Source: a bacterium
GTDB lineage: Bacteria > Patescibacteriota > UBA1384 > VFKW01
Length of the DNA stretch: 64,000 bases
Direction: 5' to 3'
NCBI GenBank assembly: GCA_030647355.1
Contig: JAUSIS010000004.1
Span: 4,066 to 68,065 of the forward strand
Shown one piece after another: positions 18,853 to 27,941 of this stretch. Numbering within the stretch: the first letter of the stretch is position 1; the number at the start of each line of letters is the position of its first letter. The notes beneath the pieces are model-generated. The model saw nothing but the letters and a program-made list of their open reading frames with translations, was not told the DNA's origin and ran no database searches. The position numbers and the translations under genes are program-made.

Positions 18853-20227
18853 GTGGCAAATATTGATACGAAAAGGTTTGAGAGACGATTAGTACTGCCC
18901 AAAGGACAATTGAGATCATTTATAAGAGATTTGAGAAAAATACTCAAGCCGGTTAGTTTTTCGAAAAATAATTATTCGCAAACTATTTATCTTAATACAG
19001 AAGATCTTAGAGTTCCTTGGGGTATTTCTATAAGAGCTCGGCGATACGTGAAGAGACCTGATAAAAATATTACTATAGATTATTTGAATGATTACATTTG
19101 CGAATTTAAGGAAGGGGGCTTCGGATCCTGACCGTAAGGAAAAAATTCGAAAAACAATGAAAATTGACGACTTTTGCTCCTGGAGTGAAAAAAAACTAGA
19201 AAAGAGAATCTCTAAAGTTAAGTTGCGTCCCCATGCTGTCTGCCAATATTATCGTCAGCATTATATTTCAGATAAAGAAAAGGACTTGCGTTTAACTATA
19301 GACAAAAACGTTCGGTATGGATATTTCGATCCGATAAATGGATTCTCTTGGATCGGTAATGATGGAAGCGTCCGTATTGAAATCAAGGCAAGTAAAGAAT
19401 CAATGAATTCGGAAACATATCAGGAATTATTGAAAATACTGCAGAGTAAAAATTATTTAAATGTAATCTCTAAAAAAAATCAAATCTACAATTTTCTTAA
19501 GGATTTGCGGTTTAAGTATGTAAATAAACTAATCAACGAGTTGCCAGAATATGAAATCGAATCAAAAATTTCCATCAGCGACAACGATCCATGGATGGTA
19601 TTATTTAAAATTAAAGATGCTTTGGATAATGGATTTGATAAGAATTTGGATTTAAGTTATTATCCGCATGTTGAATGCACATCAAGAGTATACTATTATT
19701 TTCAGAAACTAGTTGATCCGCAGATTGACGAGGTTATTAAGTTATCGTTCAAAATTAATAAATTTCGACTTATATACAAAGACGAAGCCAAATTTATTAA
19801 GGATAGTTACCATCTAGGATGTATTATAAAAAGAAAGGAAATCAAAAATCCATGGTTTAATTTCAATGTTTCTAACAGTAAAAAAGTGCTCAAGATAATT
19901 GAAAATAAATTAGGATCCTTTACCAGAAGTGACTATTTGCAACGCAATAGGTTGGCTATTTGGCCACTCAATAATGTTTCCGGCAGATTATACCGTATAG
20001 GGATTGATAAATGTACGAGTAATTCCGGAGTAGATTATCAAATGGAGATCGAATACGAAGGTAGAATTAAGGGAGAGTGGAAAATTAGTAAAAACACTGA
20101 AAAAGAGATATCTTCAGAGTTGGCACATTTGACAAATACTGTATTTAACCTCCTAAATAAGGACAAACCCACTGCCGCACCAACACAGGAAACAAAACTC
20201 GATATCTTAAATTATAGGAAGAGGTAA
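18853..20227 (+). pseudogene. VTC-domain (CYTH/triphosphate-tunnel, polyphosphate-polymerase-like) protein split by a +1 frameshift at a G5 homopolymer (19114-19118)
   Basis: ORF 18853-19131 carries KRFERRLVL...YSQTIYLNTEDL...SIRARRY. ORF 19088-20227 carries KVKLRPHAVCQYYRQHY...DLRLTIDKNV...VRIEIKASKE. Both parts match conserved blocks of the Vtc4-type VTC domain. Deleting one G of GAAGGGGGCTTC joins the frames. Confidence 0.5.
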
Positions 20228-20249
20228 GAAGAGAATTAAAATATTGTGG

Positions 20250-21713
20250 TTAAGTACGTGGTAGTTTTCTAACAATCCCTTTCTCGGCATCAACTTCGAC
20301 AAGGTCACCGTCCTTTAATATTTTAGTCGCATTTTTCGTGCCGATCACGCAGGGTTTGTGCATTTCCCGGGCCATAATGGCCGCATGACAAGTAATACCG
20401 CCCTCGTCTGTGACAAAAGCAGCAGCTTTTTCCATGGCTGGCAATAGATCTGGCGTGGTCATAGAGGTTATTAAGATGTCACCTTTTTCAACCTTGATTT
20501 GTTGTGAAGGATTATTGACTATTTTTACCGTGCCCTTAACTACACCCTTGAAAGCAATTTGGCCTTTTATAAATTTATCCGACGATGTTGATTTTGAAAT
20601 ATCATTTTGAATTAGATTGCCCGTTTCCCAATTGAATTTTCCACCCGTTACAGAAATTGAAAATCCCTTTTGGCGGTCTAGTATCTTCTCCTTGAGCGAT
20701 TTGATATCTTCTTTACCTATATTATATATTTCTTCTTTTACTAAAAATGGCATCAACTCGCCAGATATCCCGACTTTTTGGCCTATTTCATATAAGATTG
20801 GCAATAAGTTATAAGCAGATAAGTTGATACTATCTTTCACATAAGTTCTAAGGAAAATCCAATTTTGATATTGTTTAATCAATTTAATATTTTTATTATC
20901 AAAATTTAATTCTTTGAAAATTTGTTTTTGTTTTTCTTCTTGTGCTTTTTGTTCCTTAATAATATTTTTTAGTTCACTCGCGGCATTTTTAGATAATTCC
21001 ATAAAACGCTTGGCAACTTCTTCTCTTTGAAGTGATTTACCTATGAACCAATGATATGACATCCAATTAAATTGTTTAATGTGATAATCAATGCATTGAT
21101 TCTTTTGTTCGGATGAAAAATTCGGAAAATCTATGGCACTTTTTAGAGCCGATTTGCGTTCTTCTATGACAATACTATTATTATTCGGCTCGCTAAGAGT
21201 TTCTAGATAAGATTCTAGCTGATCTATTTTATTATTCATCGCAGCTTTTAAAATAATTAAATTATATGCTTTTTCTTGAAGAATGTCTGCCATTTGTACA
21301 GAACCCCGATAACTCATATAGCCATTAATTTCTATAAATGTTTTTAACTCTTTTTGAAGAAAATTGATTAATTCTAGAGGCGTCATATTGTGTAATTTTG
21401 ATTGATTATAATCTTTTTTGAACCTGATTTTGGTTGCGAGGTGAAATATTTTATTGGCGATTTTATCCGGGTACGAAAAATTCTTATCGACATTGTAGGC
21501 TAAAAATGATTTTGTAATTTCAATTTCTTCCTCGTCGAAATAAAGATCGCCATCGAAATATGCTATGGCTGAAATAGATTTGGGAATTTCAAATGCCTTG
21601 ATACTAGCGTGGAAACCGTCAAGATAATATGAGGTGGAAAGCGGAGTATTTATTTTTTTCATATTCCATAGCCATTTAATTGGGTGGCCAGCCATATTTG
21701 TTTTCATCTCCAT
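20250..21713 (-). CDS. PEP-utilizing-enzyme mobile (phosphohistidine swivel) domain protein with an unrecognised ~370-aa N-terminal region
   Basis: C-terminus reads GGITCHAAIMAREMHKPCVIGTKNATKILKDGDLVEVDAEKGIVRK, the classic PEP-utilizers motif. No ATP-grasp or PEP-binding TIM domain is recognisable. Confidence 0.6.
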   Translation of the reverse strand: MEMKTNMAGHPIKWLWNMKKINTPLSTSYYLDGFHASIKAFEIPKSISAIAYFDGDLYFDEEEIEITKSFLAYNVDKNFSYPDKIANKIFHLATKIRFKKDYNQSKLHNMTPLELINFLQKELKTFIEINGYMSYRGSVQMADILQEKAYNLIILKAAMNNKIDQLESYLETLSEPNNNSIVIEERKSALKSAIDFPNFSSEQKNQCIDYHIKQFNWMSYHWFIGKSLQREEVAKRFMELSKNAASELKNIIKEQKAQEEKQKQIFKELNFDNKNIKLIKQYQNWIFLRTYVKDSINLSAYNLLPILYEIGQKVGISGELMPFLVKEEIYNIGKEDIKSLKEKILDRQKGFSISVTGGKFNWETGNLIQNDISKSTSSDKFIKGQIAFKGVVKGTVKIVNNPSQQIKVEKGDILITSMTTPDLLPAMEKAAAFVTDEGGITCHAAIMAREMHKPCVIGTKNATKILKDGDLVEVDAEKGIVRKLPRT

Positions 21714-21821
21714 GTCCTTTGTTGAATATTATCTTACTTATTATGCAACAAATAATCGCTCTCTTCAATCTGAGCTCGAACCACTGCTTTGAGGGTATTA
21801 AATTTTAACCGAAAATCGTCA

Positions 21822-21837
21822 GAGGGGCCAGGCGGGA
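21822..21837 (+). repeat. Degenerate copy A of the tRNA-Lys 3' end, inverted relative to the tRNA gene
   Basis: GAGGGGCCAGGCGGGA. Compare the reverse complement of the tRNA-Lys 3' end, GAGGGCCAGGCGGGGATCGAACCC. Confidence 0.45.
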
Positions 21838-21845
21838 CGACAAGA

Positions 21846-22115
21846 TTACCGGCTAGAAAAATTTTGTAATAATGTGCTGTACATTTGGGCGTCTTCGGCA
21901 ATTTTAGAATTGTTTTTGAGATTTATTATCTTTATTTTTTTTAGAATATTAGTGATATATTCAGGGCAAGAAGAATAAGATATTTCTTTCTCTCTTTTCT
22001 GGGCTTCAGTCAAGAATCTTTCTGCCATGATCACAGAATTTCTCTGAAGACCTAGAGATATTCTTTTTAGATCCATCGCCATTGATTGAATAGCATATTT
22101 TTCATCGAATGTCAT
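21846..22115 (-). CDS. Hypothetical small protein (89 aa)
   Basis: ORF only. Its start overlaps the stop of the upstream 112-aa ORF (ATGA). Confidence 0.35.
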   Translation of the reverse strand: MTFDEKYAIQSMAMDLKRISLGLQRNSVIMAERFLTEAQKREKEISYSSCPEYITNILKKIKIINLKNNSKIAEDAQMYSTLLQNFSSR

Positions 22116-22450
22116 AAGACTTCCTTAAAAAATTTCTTTGTAAGCTTGTCAAATAGTTCCCTTACGACCATATCTTGGATTTCATTGCCACGATTATTTT
22201 GTTTAGGCCTGATATTAATGAATGAATTATAGTCGATTGTGTTTGTTGCAATATCTATACCACCACCCCAAAGATTTTCTTGCTTAGAACCATTTTCGAG
22301 CAACAATTGCTCGCAGTCGAAGTGTCTATCGCATCCGGCACAACATATTTCTTTTTCAGTATCAAAAACTGTTTTTATATATACCTCAAAAAGCTCTGCT
22401 AATTTTTCAATTTCTTCTTTCGAGTATGGAGTTTCCTTTATAATAACCAT
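22112..22450 (-). CDS. Hypothetical small protein (112 aa) with CCAGCDRHFDCEQ Cys/His cluster
   Basis: ORF only. Translationally coupled to the 89-aa ORF. Confidence 0.35.
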   Translation of the reverse strand: MVIIKETPYSKEEIEKLAELFEVYIKTVFDTEKEICCAGCDRHFDCEQLLLENGSKQENLWGGGIDIATNTIDYNSFINIRPKQNNRGNEIQDMVVRELFDKLTKKFFKEVL

Positions 22451-22512
22451 ACAGCTATTTTACCACAAAATAATTTTAAGGGAAGAAATTTCATATAAGA
22501 AACCCCTACGCA

Positions 22513-22531
22513 GAGGTGCCAGGCGGGGATC
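22513..22531 (+). repeat. Degenerate copy B of the tRNA-Lys 3' end (inverted)
   Basis: GAGGTGCCAGGCGGGGATC. Confidence 0.45.
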
Positions 22532-22554
22532 AAGAGGAACCTTTGATGGAGATT

Positions 22555-23406
22555 TTAAGAGAGTTCGTCGGAAGGTCGGTAAGTACTCATGTAGAGTACG
22601 TATAGTATAGTACTTAAAAAGATTACTGAAATCTTTATTTCTTCTGTTTCATTATTGAGATCGTAATTATGGGGTAACATGGACCACCTGAGATTTGCCT
22701 CTTTAGTTAAAGACTCAAAAAAATTAATTATGCCTTGTTCGCTTTGATCTTCGCTAGCTTTCTGGAATATCTTTAAATCTAGTTTATTGATACTGTTTGC
22801 CCACTCAGACCTTGATGCAGACAGTTTGCATATTTCTCTTTTATCTACAGTATTTACGACCCACTGCCCACCTCCAAGTAAGTTGCCATCGATTGTAGCA
22901 ATAGCTTCTTTGGCTACGTTAAATACTTTTCTGTTTGGAATATCCAAAATAGCCATATGGTTATCATTTTTAAATAATTCAACTAACCCATTATTTATAT
23001 TTGCCTTAATGTTATTATTGGAACCATCATAGATAGAAAATACACCATTCAAAGATGATCCATGATTATCCATGTAGCTATAACTAAGAACCAAGTTGCC
23101 TAGTGCGGCTAAATTATTGTTTTGATAGTACCCGATTGTTCCTTTGATATCGACTTTTGTCAGTATGCGGTTCGCTTTTGTCAGCTGAGAAAATTCAATA
23201 TCTTGAGTTCCAGTCATCACATTGCCCTTTAATAAATTATTAGAATAAGCCATCATATTTTCTGTTCTACTAGTAATGTCTTCAGAAGTTTTACTTAAAG
23301 CTTTGCCAGTTTTATTTATCCAAATGAATCTCTTAATTATGAACACCATGACTACTAGCCAAACAATACCAAATGCAATCAAAAATAATATCTGTTCTAA
23401 ACTCAC
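22555..23406 (-). CDS. Hypothetical membrane-anchored protein (283 aa), Asn/Ser-rich
   Basis: N-terminal TM helix ILFLIAFGIVWLVVMVFII. No recognisable domain. Confidence 0.4.
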   Translation of the reverse strand: MSLEQILFLIAFGIVWLVVMVFIIKRFIWINKTGKALSKTSEDITSRTENMMAYSNNLLKGNVMTGTQDIEFSQLTKANRILTKVDIKGTIGYYQNNNLAALGNLVLSYSYMDNHGSSLNGVFSIYDGSNNNIKANINNGLVELFKNDNHMAILDIPNRKVFNVAKEAIATIDGNLLGGGQWVVNTVDKREICKLSASRSEWANSINKLDLKIFQKASEDQSEQGIINFFESLTKEANLRWSMLPHNYDLNNETEEIKISVIFLSTILYVLYMSTYRPSDELS

Positions 23407-23469
23407 TTTCTCCTCCGTTCATGAATAATTATAACATATAAGAACTTTTTCGGGTGCTTATATGTTATA

Positions 23470-23488
23470 GAGGGCCAGGCGGGGATCC
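23470..23488 (+). repeat. Copy C of the tRNA-Lys 3' end (inverted)
   Basis: GAGGGCCAGGCGGGGATCC. Confidence 0.5.
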
Positions 23489-23653
23489 TTCTCCCCCATC
23501 GTTTCACTCCTCCTCTGAAGCCTGGGACTTTTGCTGACGGCTCACAAAAACTGTTCGCCTATTCCTCCACTGGAGGCGCAAAAGTTCCCTTCGATCCCCT
23601 TATTTATTGGCTCAGATAAAATAACCCCATCTTGCGACAGGGTTATTTTATCT

Positions 23654-23677
23654 GAGGGCCAGGCGGGGATCGAACCC
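23654..23677 (+). repeat. Copy D of the tRNA-Lys 3' end (inverted), 24/24 identity, immediately preceded by a 15-bp-stem hairpin (23613-23654)
   Basis: GAGGGCCAGGCGGGGATCGAACCC equals the reverse complement of GGGTTCGATCCCCGCCTGGCCCTC (tRNA-Lys T-arm plus acceptor 3' strand). The adjacent hairpin is CAGATAAAATAACCC..GGGTTATTTTATCTG. Confidence 0.6.
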
Positions 23678-23795
23678 ATGATTTCAATGAATCGCATTGA
23701 TTTTTCGATCAGTTTACTCCATATTGAAGTGTTGACGGATATAGTGTTTTTTTGGTATAATAATTTAGAAATAAGGTTTATTTTATTTTTCTATT

Positions 23796-24121
23796 GGGCC
23801 AGTAGCTCAGTGGTAGAGCAGGGGCCTTTAATAATAAGAGCCTTTGCAGAGAAAAACAATCTGCAAAGTGGACGTCGCTATATGCTGGAAACCCCGTTGT
23901 TGCCGATGGTACTCGTTCGTAAGAGCAGTGAAAATCCATTCGGTGCGGACAATCAGCAGGAAACCCCGCCAAAGACGGGGGCTCCTCAGAGACTACACGC
24001 GATGCACCTGAAATGGTGAAGATATAGTCCAGACTACAATCCGCCAGCTGGCGGAGCTAGGGTAACTTAGTGTGGTAAGTTAAGCCTCGTGTCGCGGGTT
24101 CGATCCCCGCCTGGCCCTCCA
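23796..24121 (+). tRNA. tRNA-Lys (anticodon UUU) interrupted in the anticodon loop. Exon 1 is 23796-23828, exon 2 is 24080-24121 with encoded CCA
   Basis: Exon 1 is GGGCCAGTAGCTCAGTGGTAGAGCAGGGGCCTT. Exon 2 is TTAAGCCTCGTGTCGCGGGTTCGATCCCCGCCTGGCCCTCCA. Joined, they give a 7-bp acceptor stem (GGGCCAG/CTGGCCC), D-arm, anticodon stem GGGGC/GCCTC, loop CUUUUAA, T-arm GCGGG-TTCGATC-CCCGC. Confidence 0.75.
23829..24079 (+). ncRNA. Group I intron (IC3-like, tRNA-Leu(UAA)-intron family) inserted between anticodon-loop positions 34/35 of tRNA-Lys; no ORF
   Basis: Conserved R element CAGAGACTACACG (23987-99) and S element AAGATATAGTCC (24019-30) form P7. A P9-like hairpin CCGCCAGCTGGCGG is present. 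The 5' exon ends in U, the intron ends in G (24079), and the intron 5' end TAATAATAAGAGCCTT resembles cyanobacterial tRNA-Leu introns. Confidence 0.75.
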
Positions 24122-24273
24122 TATGAGGGGAAAGACACATCCAATAGAAATTAGAGAAAATGCCAAGACCTCAGATTTGAAGGTCATTCTTTGAATGAGA
24201 TAGCTAAGATAACGGGAGTTTTTATGGGTCCAAAAGAAGGGTAAGAGGTTGGGTCATATACGATCTAGGTCAT

Positions 24274-24795
24274 CTAATCATAACTTGAAGAAGTGCGGCG
24301 GATGCCGCCAGTTACGATTATCAATAATACTGGCGCAATTGTCCAGAATAAGCGGTAATCAATAATAAATCTGGCCATTTTGGAGGTTTCCTGGAGACCT
24401 TGACGCATTTCCGGTGGCATAAAGGTTGCAACTGCAGAGAGTAGTAGGACGGCATTAAAAAAACTGTAGGCAATGATTTCAATAGGAGAAAGTAGTCCGC
24501 GGGTACTCTTGCCGCCTAAACCGGATTTGCCAGCGACTAGGAAAGCTACTACAAGAAAAACGACTGCCTGGATGGTAAAAGGGGAAATATTAGCTTGAAT
24601 CCAGACTGAATTGGCAAAAGTTTTATTGCCAGTAAAAAAAAGCCGAATCGGTTCAACGACGACGGAAGATACAACTATACCGGTATAGATTGAGAGCAGG
24701 AAAGAAACAACGCGATCGCGTTGCATTATAAAACCGAATCCAACGGCTATGACCAGAAAGATGATAATGAAGACATCCCACGAGGGCACGCTCAT
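24274..24795 (-). CDS. Hypothetical polytopic membrane protein
   Basis: 173-aa hydrophobic ORF. Confidence 0.4.
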   Translation of the reverse strand: MSVPSWDVFIIIFLVIAVGFGFIMQRDRVVSFLLSIYTGIVVSSVVVEPIRLFFTGNKTFANSVWIQANISPFTIQAVVFLVVAFLVAGKSGLGGKSTRGLLSPIEIIAYSFFNAVLLLSAVATFMPPEMRQGLQETSKMARFIIDYRLFWTIAPVLLIIVTGGIRRTSSSYD

Positions 24796-24866
24796 ACCCC
24801 TCCATAGCGACTATTTAATCTCAGTATCTAGCATAACAAAATATAGAGACAAGTGTCAATTCTAAT

Positions 24867-25115
24867 TTATCTTTCAAATTTGTTGAGCTCTTCAATAATC
24901 TGTTCTATTACTTGCTTAGACTCATCCTCATTAGTCGGAAGAGGCAATCCCAAACGCTCCGATAATTCGGCCATTTCTGGCTCAGGATCTTTCATTTTAT
25001 CTTCTTCTGAAACCCCATACTCTAGATAGCTGATCCCTATTAATTGCCGATACCGTTCCAGGTTGCGAATTCGTTCATTCGGCTCTCCCTCGGTCCTAAT
25101 TTCGTCTCTTTCCAT
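24867..25115 (-). CDS. Hypothetical acidic small protein
   Basis: 82-aa ORF upstream of the dnaJ-like gene. Confidence 0.3.
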   Translation of the reverse strand: MERDEIRTEGEPNERIRNLERYRQLIGISYLEYGVSEEDKMKDPEPEMAELSERLGLPLPTNEDESKQVIEQIIEELNKFER

Positions 25116-25160
25116 TGCAATCTCCCATTAGTTATTATCAAAATAATAACATATTGAGGC

Positions 25161-25790
25161 TCACCTTTCTAGATGTTTCAATTCCTCATAGAGGCGGCGC
25201 TGGTCGCGGGTAAGATGCCTAGGTGTTTGAATATGAACGCTGATAACCAGGTCTCCGCGTCCCCGTCTGGTTTGAGCGCCTTTACCGCGAAATCTAAATT
25301 GAGCGCCGTCATGCATACCCGGTGGAATTCTTAATTTTAATTTGTCGCCATGCTGAGTTTGAAAATGTATTTCATCGCCAAGGACTGCTTGGGGAATAGA
25401 TATATTAATCTCCGCTTGGACATTGGAAAAAGCCCCTTCAAAAAGATCTTCAAAAATACTGCCTAAGCCACCGCCGGAAAAGCCAGAAAAATCAAAACCG
25501 CCTTGATTGAAGCCGCCGCTATAGCCGCCCTGACTAAAACCACCGCCAAAGCCGCCAGGACTACCGGCCCCAACACCCGCTTTGCCGAATTGATCATAGG
25601 CGGCGCGTTTCTGCGGATCCGACAAAACTTGATAGGCTTCGTTAACTTCTTTGAATCTGCCTTCAGCTGATTTACCGGCTCTGTCAGGATGATGTTGCAT
25701 CGCCATTTTTCGGTAAGCTTTTTTAATTTCATCAGCGCTTGCCGATTTGGTAATGCCTAATATTTCATAATAATCTCTATCTGTTGCCAT
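25161..25790 (-). CDS. DnaJ (J-domain) protein, short form with G/F-rich region, lacking the Zn-finger
   Basis: [33 protein letters not shown]-domain with [19 protein letters not shown] repeats. Confidence 0.75.
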   Translation of the reverse strand: MATDRDYYEILGITKSASADEIKKAYRKMAMQHHPDRAGKSAEGRFKEVNEAYQVLSDPQKRAAYDQFGKAGVGAGSPGGFGGGFSQGGYSGGFNQGGFDFSGFSGGGLGSIFEDLFEGAFSNVQAEINISIPQAVLGDEIHFQTQHGDKLKLRIPPGMHDGAQFRFRGKGAQTRRGRGDLVISVHIQTPRHLTRDQRRLYEELKHLER

Positions 25791-25877
25791 AATTATTCTA
25801 GTTATCCTCCTTATGGAGATGGCGAGGAAGTTACCTGCCTCGCCATCATACCATAAAACCTGAGTTTTTCCAACTAG

Positions 25878-27791
25878 TTAGCCAACCTGTTCGCCTTCAG
25901 TTTCTTCTTTTGGCTCATTTTTGGGCTCTTCTTTCGGCTCTTCGGGCGCTGATTGAGAACCGGGTTCTTGCGGAGGAGTTTCGTCTTTGGATTTTTCATA
26001 CATTGCCGAACCGACTTTTTGAATAGCTTCAGAGAGTTCTTCGGTGGCAGATTTGATTTCTTCTGACGATGAAGAGATATTGGAGACGCTTCGGGTTTTG
26101 GTTATTTTATCTTCAACTTCACGTTTTAATTCAGGATCAACCTTATCGCCAGCGTCTTTGAGAGTTTTTTCGGCTGAATAAATTAGATTATCGGCGATAT
26201 TTTTGGCTTCTATTGCTTCTTTCTTCTTTTGATCATCGGCGGCATGAGCTTCAGCTTCCTGACGCATTTTCTCAATTTCTTGCTCATTTAAACCACTTGA
26301 GGAAGTAATAGTAATTTTTTGCTCTTTGCCGGTGGCTTTATCCTTGGCTGTAACATGGAGGATGCCATTGGCATCAATATCGAAAGTTACTTCGACTTGA
26401 GGAATACCGCGCGGGGCGGGAGGTATGCCATCGAGAATGAAACGGCCGAGTGTGCGGTTGTCGGCGGCCATTGGACGCTCACCCTGGAGAACATGAATCT
26501 CTACAGTAGTCTGATTGTCGGCGGCAGTAGAGAAAATCTGGCTTTTGGAAGTCGGGATTGTGCTATTTCTTTCAATAAGCGGCGTCATAACTCCACCGAG
26601 GGTTTCGATTCCCAAAGTAAGTGGAGTCACATCGAGTAAGAGCAGTTCTTTGACTTCACCGCTTAGAACTCCGCCTTGAATGGCGGCGCCGAGGGCGACT
26701 ACTTCATCAGGGTTAACGCCTTTGGATGGTTCTTTACCGAATATCTTTTTTACAGTTTCTTGAATCAGCGGCATTCGGGTCATCCCTCCAACTAAAATTA
26801 CCTCATCAATTTTTTCCTTAGTGACTCCGGCATCTTTCAGAGCTTGCTCGGATATAGGGACTGTTTTGTTGATGAGTTCGCCAGTTAGCTGCTCCAGCTT
26901 TGAGCGAGTAAGTTTCATGACAAGGTGTTTTGGACCGGTTGCGTCGGCTGTGATAAACGGCAGATTAATTTCTGTTTCCTGGCTGGAGGAGAGCTCGATT
27001 TTGGCTTTTTCGGCTGCTTCTTTAATACGCTGGATGGCAGTTTTCTCGGTGCGCAGATCTAGACTTTCCTGTTTTTTGAATTCATCAATAATCCAGTCCA
27101 TCACTTTAATATCTAGATCGTCGCCGCCTAAATGGGTATCGCCGCCGGTGGACTTGACTTCGAAGACACCATCGCCGATTTCTAAGATAGTTATATCGAA
27201 TGTACCGCCGCCGAAATCATAGACGGCGATTTTACCTTCTTTTTTCTTATCAAGACCATAAGCTAGGGCAGAGGCGGTCGGTTCGTTGATAATCCTTTGG
27301 ACATTCAGACCGGCAATTTTACCGGCATCTTTGGTCGCTTGGCGTTGGGAATCGTTGAAGTAAGCCGGTACAGTAATTACGGCATCGGTGACTTTTTCAC
27401 TTAAAAATGCTTCGGCATCTGTCTTTAATTTCTGCAGAATGAAAGCGGAAACTTCTTGAGGAGAGTATGGTTTGCCTCCCATCTCAACTGCAACACCACC
27501 GTCTGATTTAACAATTTTATAAGGCATTAATTTAATATCTTTTTGGACTTCCGAATCTTCAAAGCGGCGACCAATCAGACGTTTTACAGAGTAAACGGTG
27601 TTTTCCGGGTTGGTAACCGATTGTCGTTTAGCAAGCTGACCGACAAGACGTTCATTGTTTTTCGCTACAGCAACAACGGACGGGACGATATTTGAGCCCT
27701 CGGCTGAAGGAATGATTTTTGGTTTTCCTCCTTCCATGACAGCCACGGCTGAATTAGTAGTTCCAAGATCTATTCCAATAATTTTTGCCAT
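25878..27791 (-). CDS. dnaK: Molecular chaperone DnaK (Hsp70)
   Basis: Start at [18 protein letters not shown] (27791). DLGGGTFD and other Hsp70 signatures are present. Confidence 0.95.
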   Translation of the reverse strand: MAKIIGIDLGTTNSAVAVMEGGKPKIIPSAEGSNIVPSVVAVAKNNERLVGQLAKRQSVTNPENTVYSVKRLIGRRFEDSEVQKDIKLMPYKIVKSDGGVAVEMGGKPYSPQEVSAFILQKLKTDAEAFLSEKVTDAVITVPAYFNDSQRQATKDAGKIAGLNVQRIINEPTASALAYGLDKKKEGKIAVYDFGGGTFDITILEIGDGVFEVKSTGGDTHLGGDDLDIKVMDWIIDEFKKQESLDLRTEKTAIQRIKEAAEKAKIELSSSQETEINLPFITADATGPKHLVMKLTRSKLEQLTGELINKTVPISEQALKDAGVTKEKIDEVILVGGMTRMPLIQETVKKIFGKEPSKGVNPDEVVALGAAIQGGVLSGEVKELLLLDVTPLTLGIETLGGVMTPLIERNSTIPTSKSQIFSTAADNQTTVEIHVLQGERPMAADNRTLGRFILDGIPPAPRGIPQVEVTFDIDANGILHVTAKDKATGKEQKITITSSSGLNEQEIEKMRQEAEAHAADDQKKKEAIEAKNIADNLIYSAEKTLKDAGDKVDPELKREVEDKITKTRSVSNISSSSEEIKSATEELSEAIQKVGSAMYEKSKDETPPQEPGSQSAPEEPKEEPKNEPKEETEGEQVG

Positions 27792-27864
27792 TTTGTCTCC
27801 TTTTTGGCTTTCTCCGCTATAAAATAAAGCGGAATTTAATTGGTATCTAAATATACGATAATAC

Positions 27865-27888
27865 AAATGTAAAGTTTTCTTTACATTT
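27865..27888 (+). promoter_or_regulatory. Perfect 10-bp inverted repeat (AAATGTAAAG-TTTT-CTTTACATTT) ~75 bp upstream of dnaK; candidate operator
   Basis: Seen directly in the sequence. It is not a CIRCE (TTAGCACTC-N9-GAGTGCTAA) or HAIR element. Confidence 0.35.
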
Positions 27889-27941
27889 TGTCAATAGCTA
27901 AAATACTAGAGGATAGACTCTACCCGTCATTAGTGGTTGGA

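Noticed and set aside
23613-23654. 15-bp-stem hairpin as a rho-independent terminator
   Set aside because: No U-tract follows on either strand. It is more likely part of the tRNA-fragment (att-like) structure, so it is reported as context for repeat copy D.
23531-24019. ORFs 23531-24019 (+) and 23778-23972 (-)
   Set aside because: They lie over tRNA-Lys exon 1 and the group I intron. The intron has no credible ORF (stop-rich, no endonuclease motifs).
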